Part shown: piece by piece, positions 63,013-64,000 of the stretch | Position numbering within the stretch: the first letter of the stretch is position 1 | Layout of the letters: every line of letters begins with the position of its first letter | Source of the DNA: Mobula hypostoma | Taxonomy: Eukaryota | Direction of reading: 5' to 3' | NCBI RefSeq assembly: GCF_963921235.1 | Contig: NC_086108.1 | Span: 93,746,001 to 93,810,000 of the forward strand | DNA length: 64,000 nt | The notes under the pieces: model-generated | Databases searched by the model: none | What the model was told of the DNA's origin: nothing | What the model saw: only the letters and a program-made list of their open reading frames with translations | Position numbers and translations under genes: made by a program

Positions 63013-64000
63013 AAATTCTCCCCATTTCACACTAGCAACCAGCAGTGTGGCTCTACCATTCTCCGTCTACCTGTAGTTCACCCCAACAGTCCGCGGCTGT
63101 CCCCCCTCCTCCACTGCCATGCAGTACGTCCCCCTCCTGGCCCAGTGGGCGACAAGCAGTGTAATGGATAGTGCATCTCTTTACACCATCAGCTGTAAGA
63201 TCGAGGATTCAATTCCCGTCGCTGTCTGTAAGGAGTTTGTACAGTCTCCCTGTGACCATGTGGGTTTCCTCCAGGTGCTCTGGTTTCCTCCCACATTCCA
63301 AAAGGAAGACATGGGTTAGGGTGAGTGAGTTGCCGCCATGTTATATTGGCACCAAAAGCATGGTGACACTCATGGGCTGCCCCCAGCACAATGCACGCCG
63401 GTTTGATTTGACAGAAAAACGACGCATTTCACTAAGCTTCAATGCACACATGACAAATAAAGCTAATCTTTAAAAAAGTACCAACGTCCCAGAGGTGCCT
63501 CCTCCCTCATCTGTGACTATTCTCCCACTCCTCTCTTCACTCACTGTAGGCCCTGGGCTCCTCAGGAAGAGGTGGGAGGGGGATACGGGAGGGGGGAGAG
63601 GGACGCAGGTCATATGAAGAGGAAGCAAGTTCTGATCCAATCTATGGAGAACAAAGCCACTGCCCTCACCACCCTGGTCTACTGGCAATCTCCTCTGATT
63701 CCAGTCCCAGTGGGCATACCATATCAGTGCTTCCTTACAACATAGAAGGAAGCCATTCGGCCCATCGAGTGTGTGCTAGCACATGGTGCAACCACATTCC
63801 CCACTACTGTATTTATCCTTGTAAGCTCTTCACCCCTCGTTTCATTAACTCCCTGTCAGGTTCGATCACTAACTTTCTCACCAGGGCCCCAGCCCACCCT
63901 CTGGGCTGTGAATGGGGACAGAAGCAAACAGGGATATCCACGATGTTTATCACAGGGAGAATGTGCAAGCACCACACAGACTGGATTGAACCTGAGTTGT

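Noticed and set aside
62028..63030. Several long overlapping ORFs
   Set aside because: Low-complexity purine/pyrimidine-biased Penelope UTR and simple repeats that lack stop codons.
56257..64000. Search for upstream TECR-like exons (ubiquitin-like N-terminal domain)
   Set aside because: No convincing exon found by eye; they probably lie beyond the window end.

Overview
Eukaryotic, repeat-rich vertebrate DNA; the repeat complement (CR1 LINEs, Penelope-like elements, V-SINE-like elements, Rex1/Babar, hAT) suggests a cartilaginous fish such as a ray or shark (inference). Two spliced genes converge tail-to-tail. (1) On +, the last 13 coding exons of ABCA4 (4380-28834: end of TMD2, NBD2, VFVNFA C-terminus), all GT-AG and, as I recall the human exon sizes, almost identical to human ABCA4 exons 37-49. 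(2) On -, eight coding exons of a TECR-family trans-2,3-enoyl-CoA reductase (56256 to 37112), largely missed by the ORF track; its 5' exons were not found and probably lie beyond the window. Introns and the intergenic gap hold nested transposons: two near-identical young CR1 copies, two full-span but dead hAT transposons with TIRs and TSDs, a Gypsy LTR remnant, and many Penelope-derived pieces. The most interesting non-coding signal is a family of ~100-140 bp TSD-flanked insertions consisting of little more than a minimal type I hammerhead ribozyme plus a short tail.
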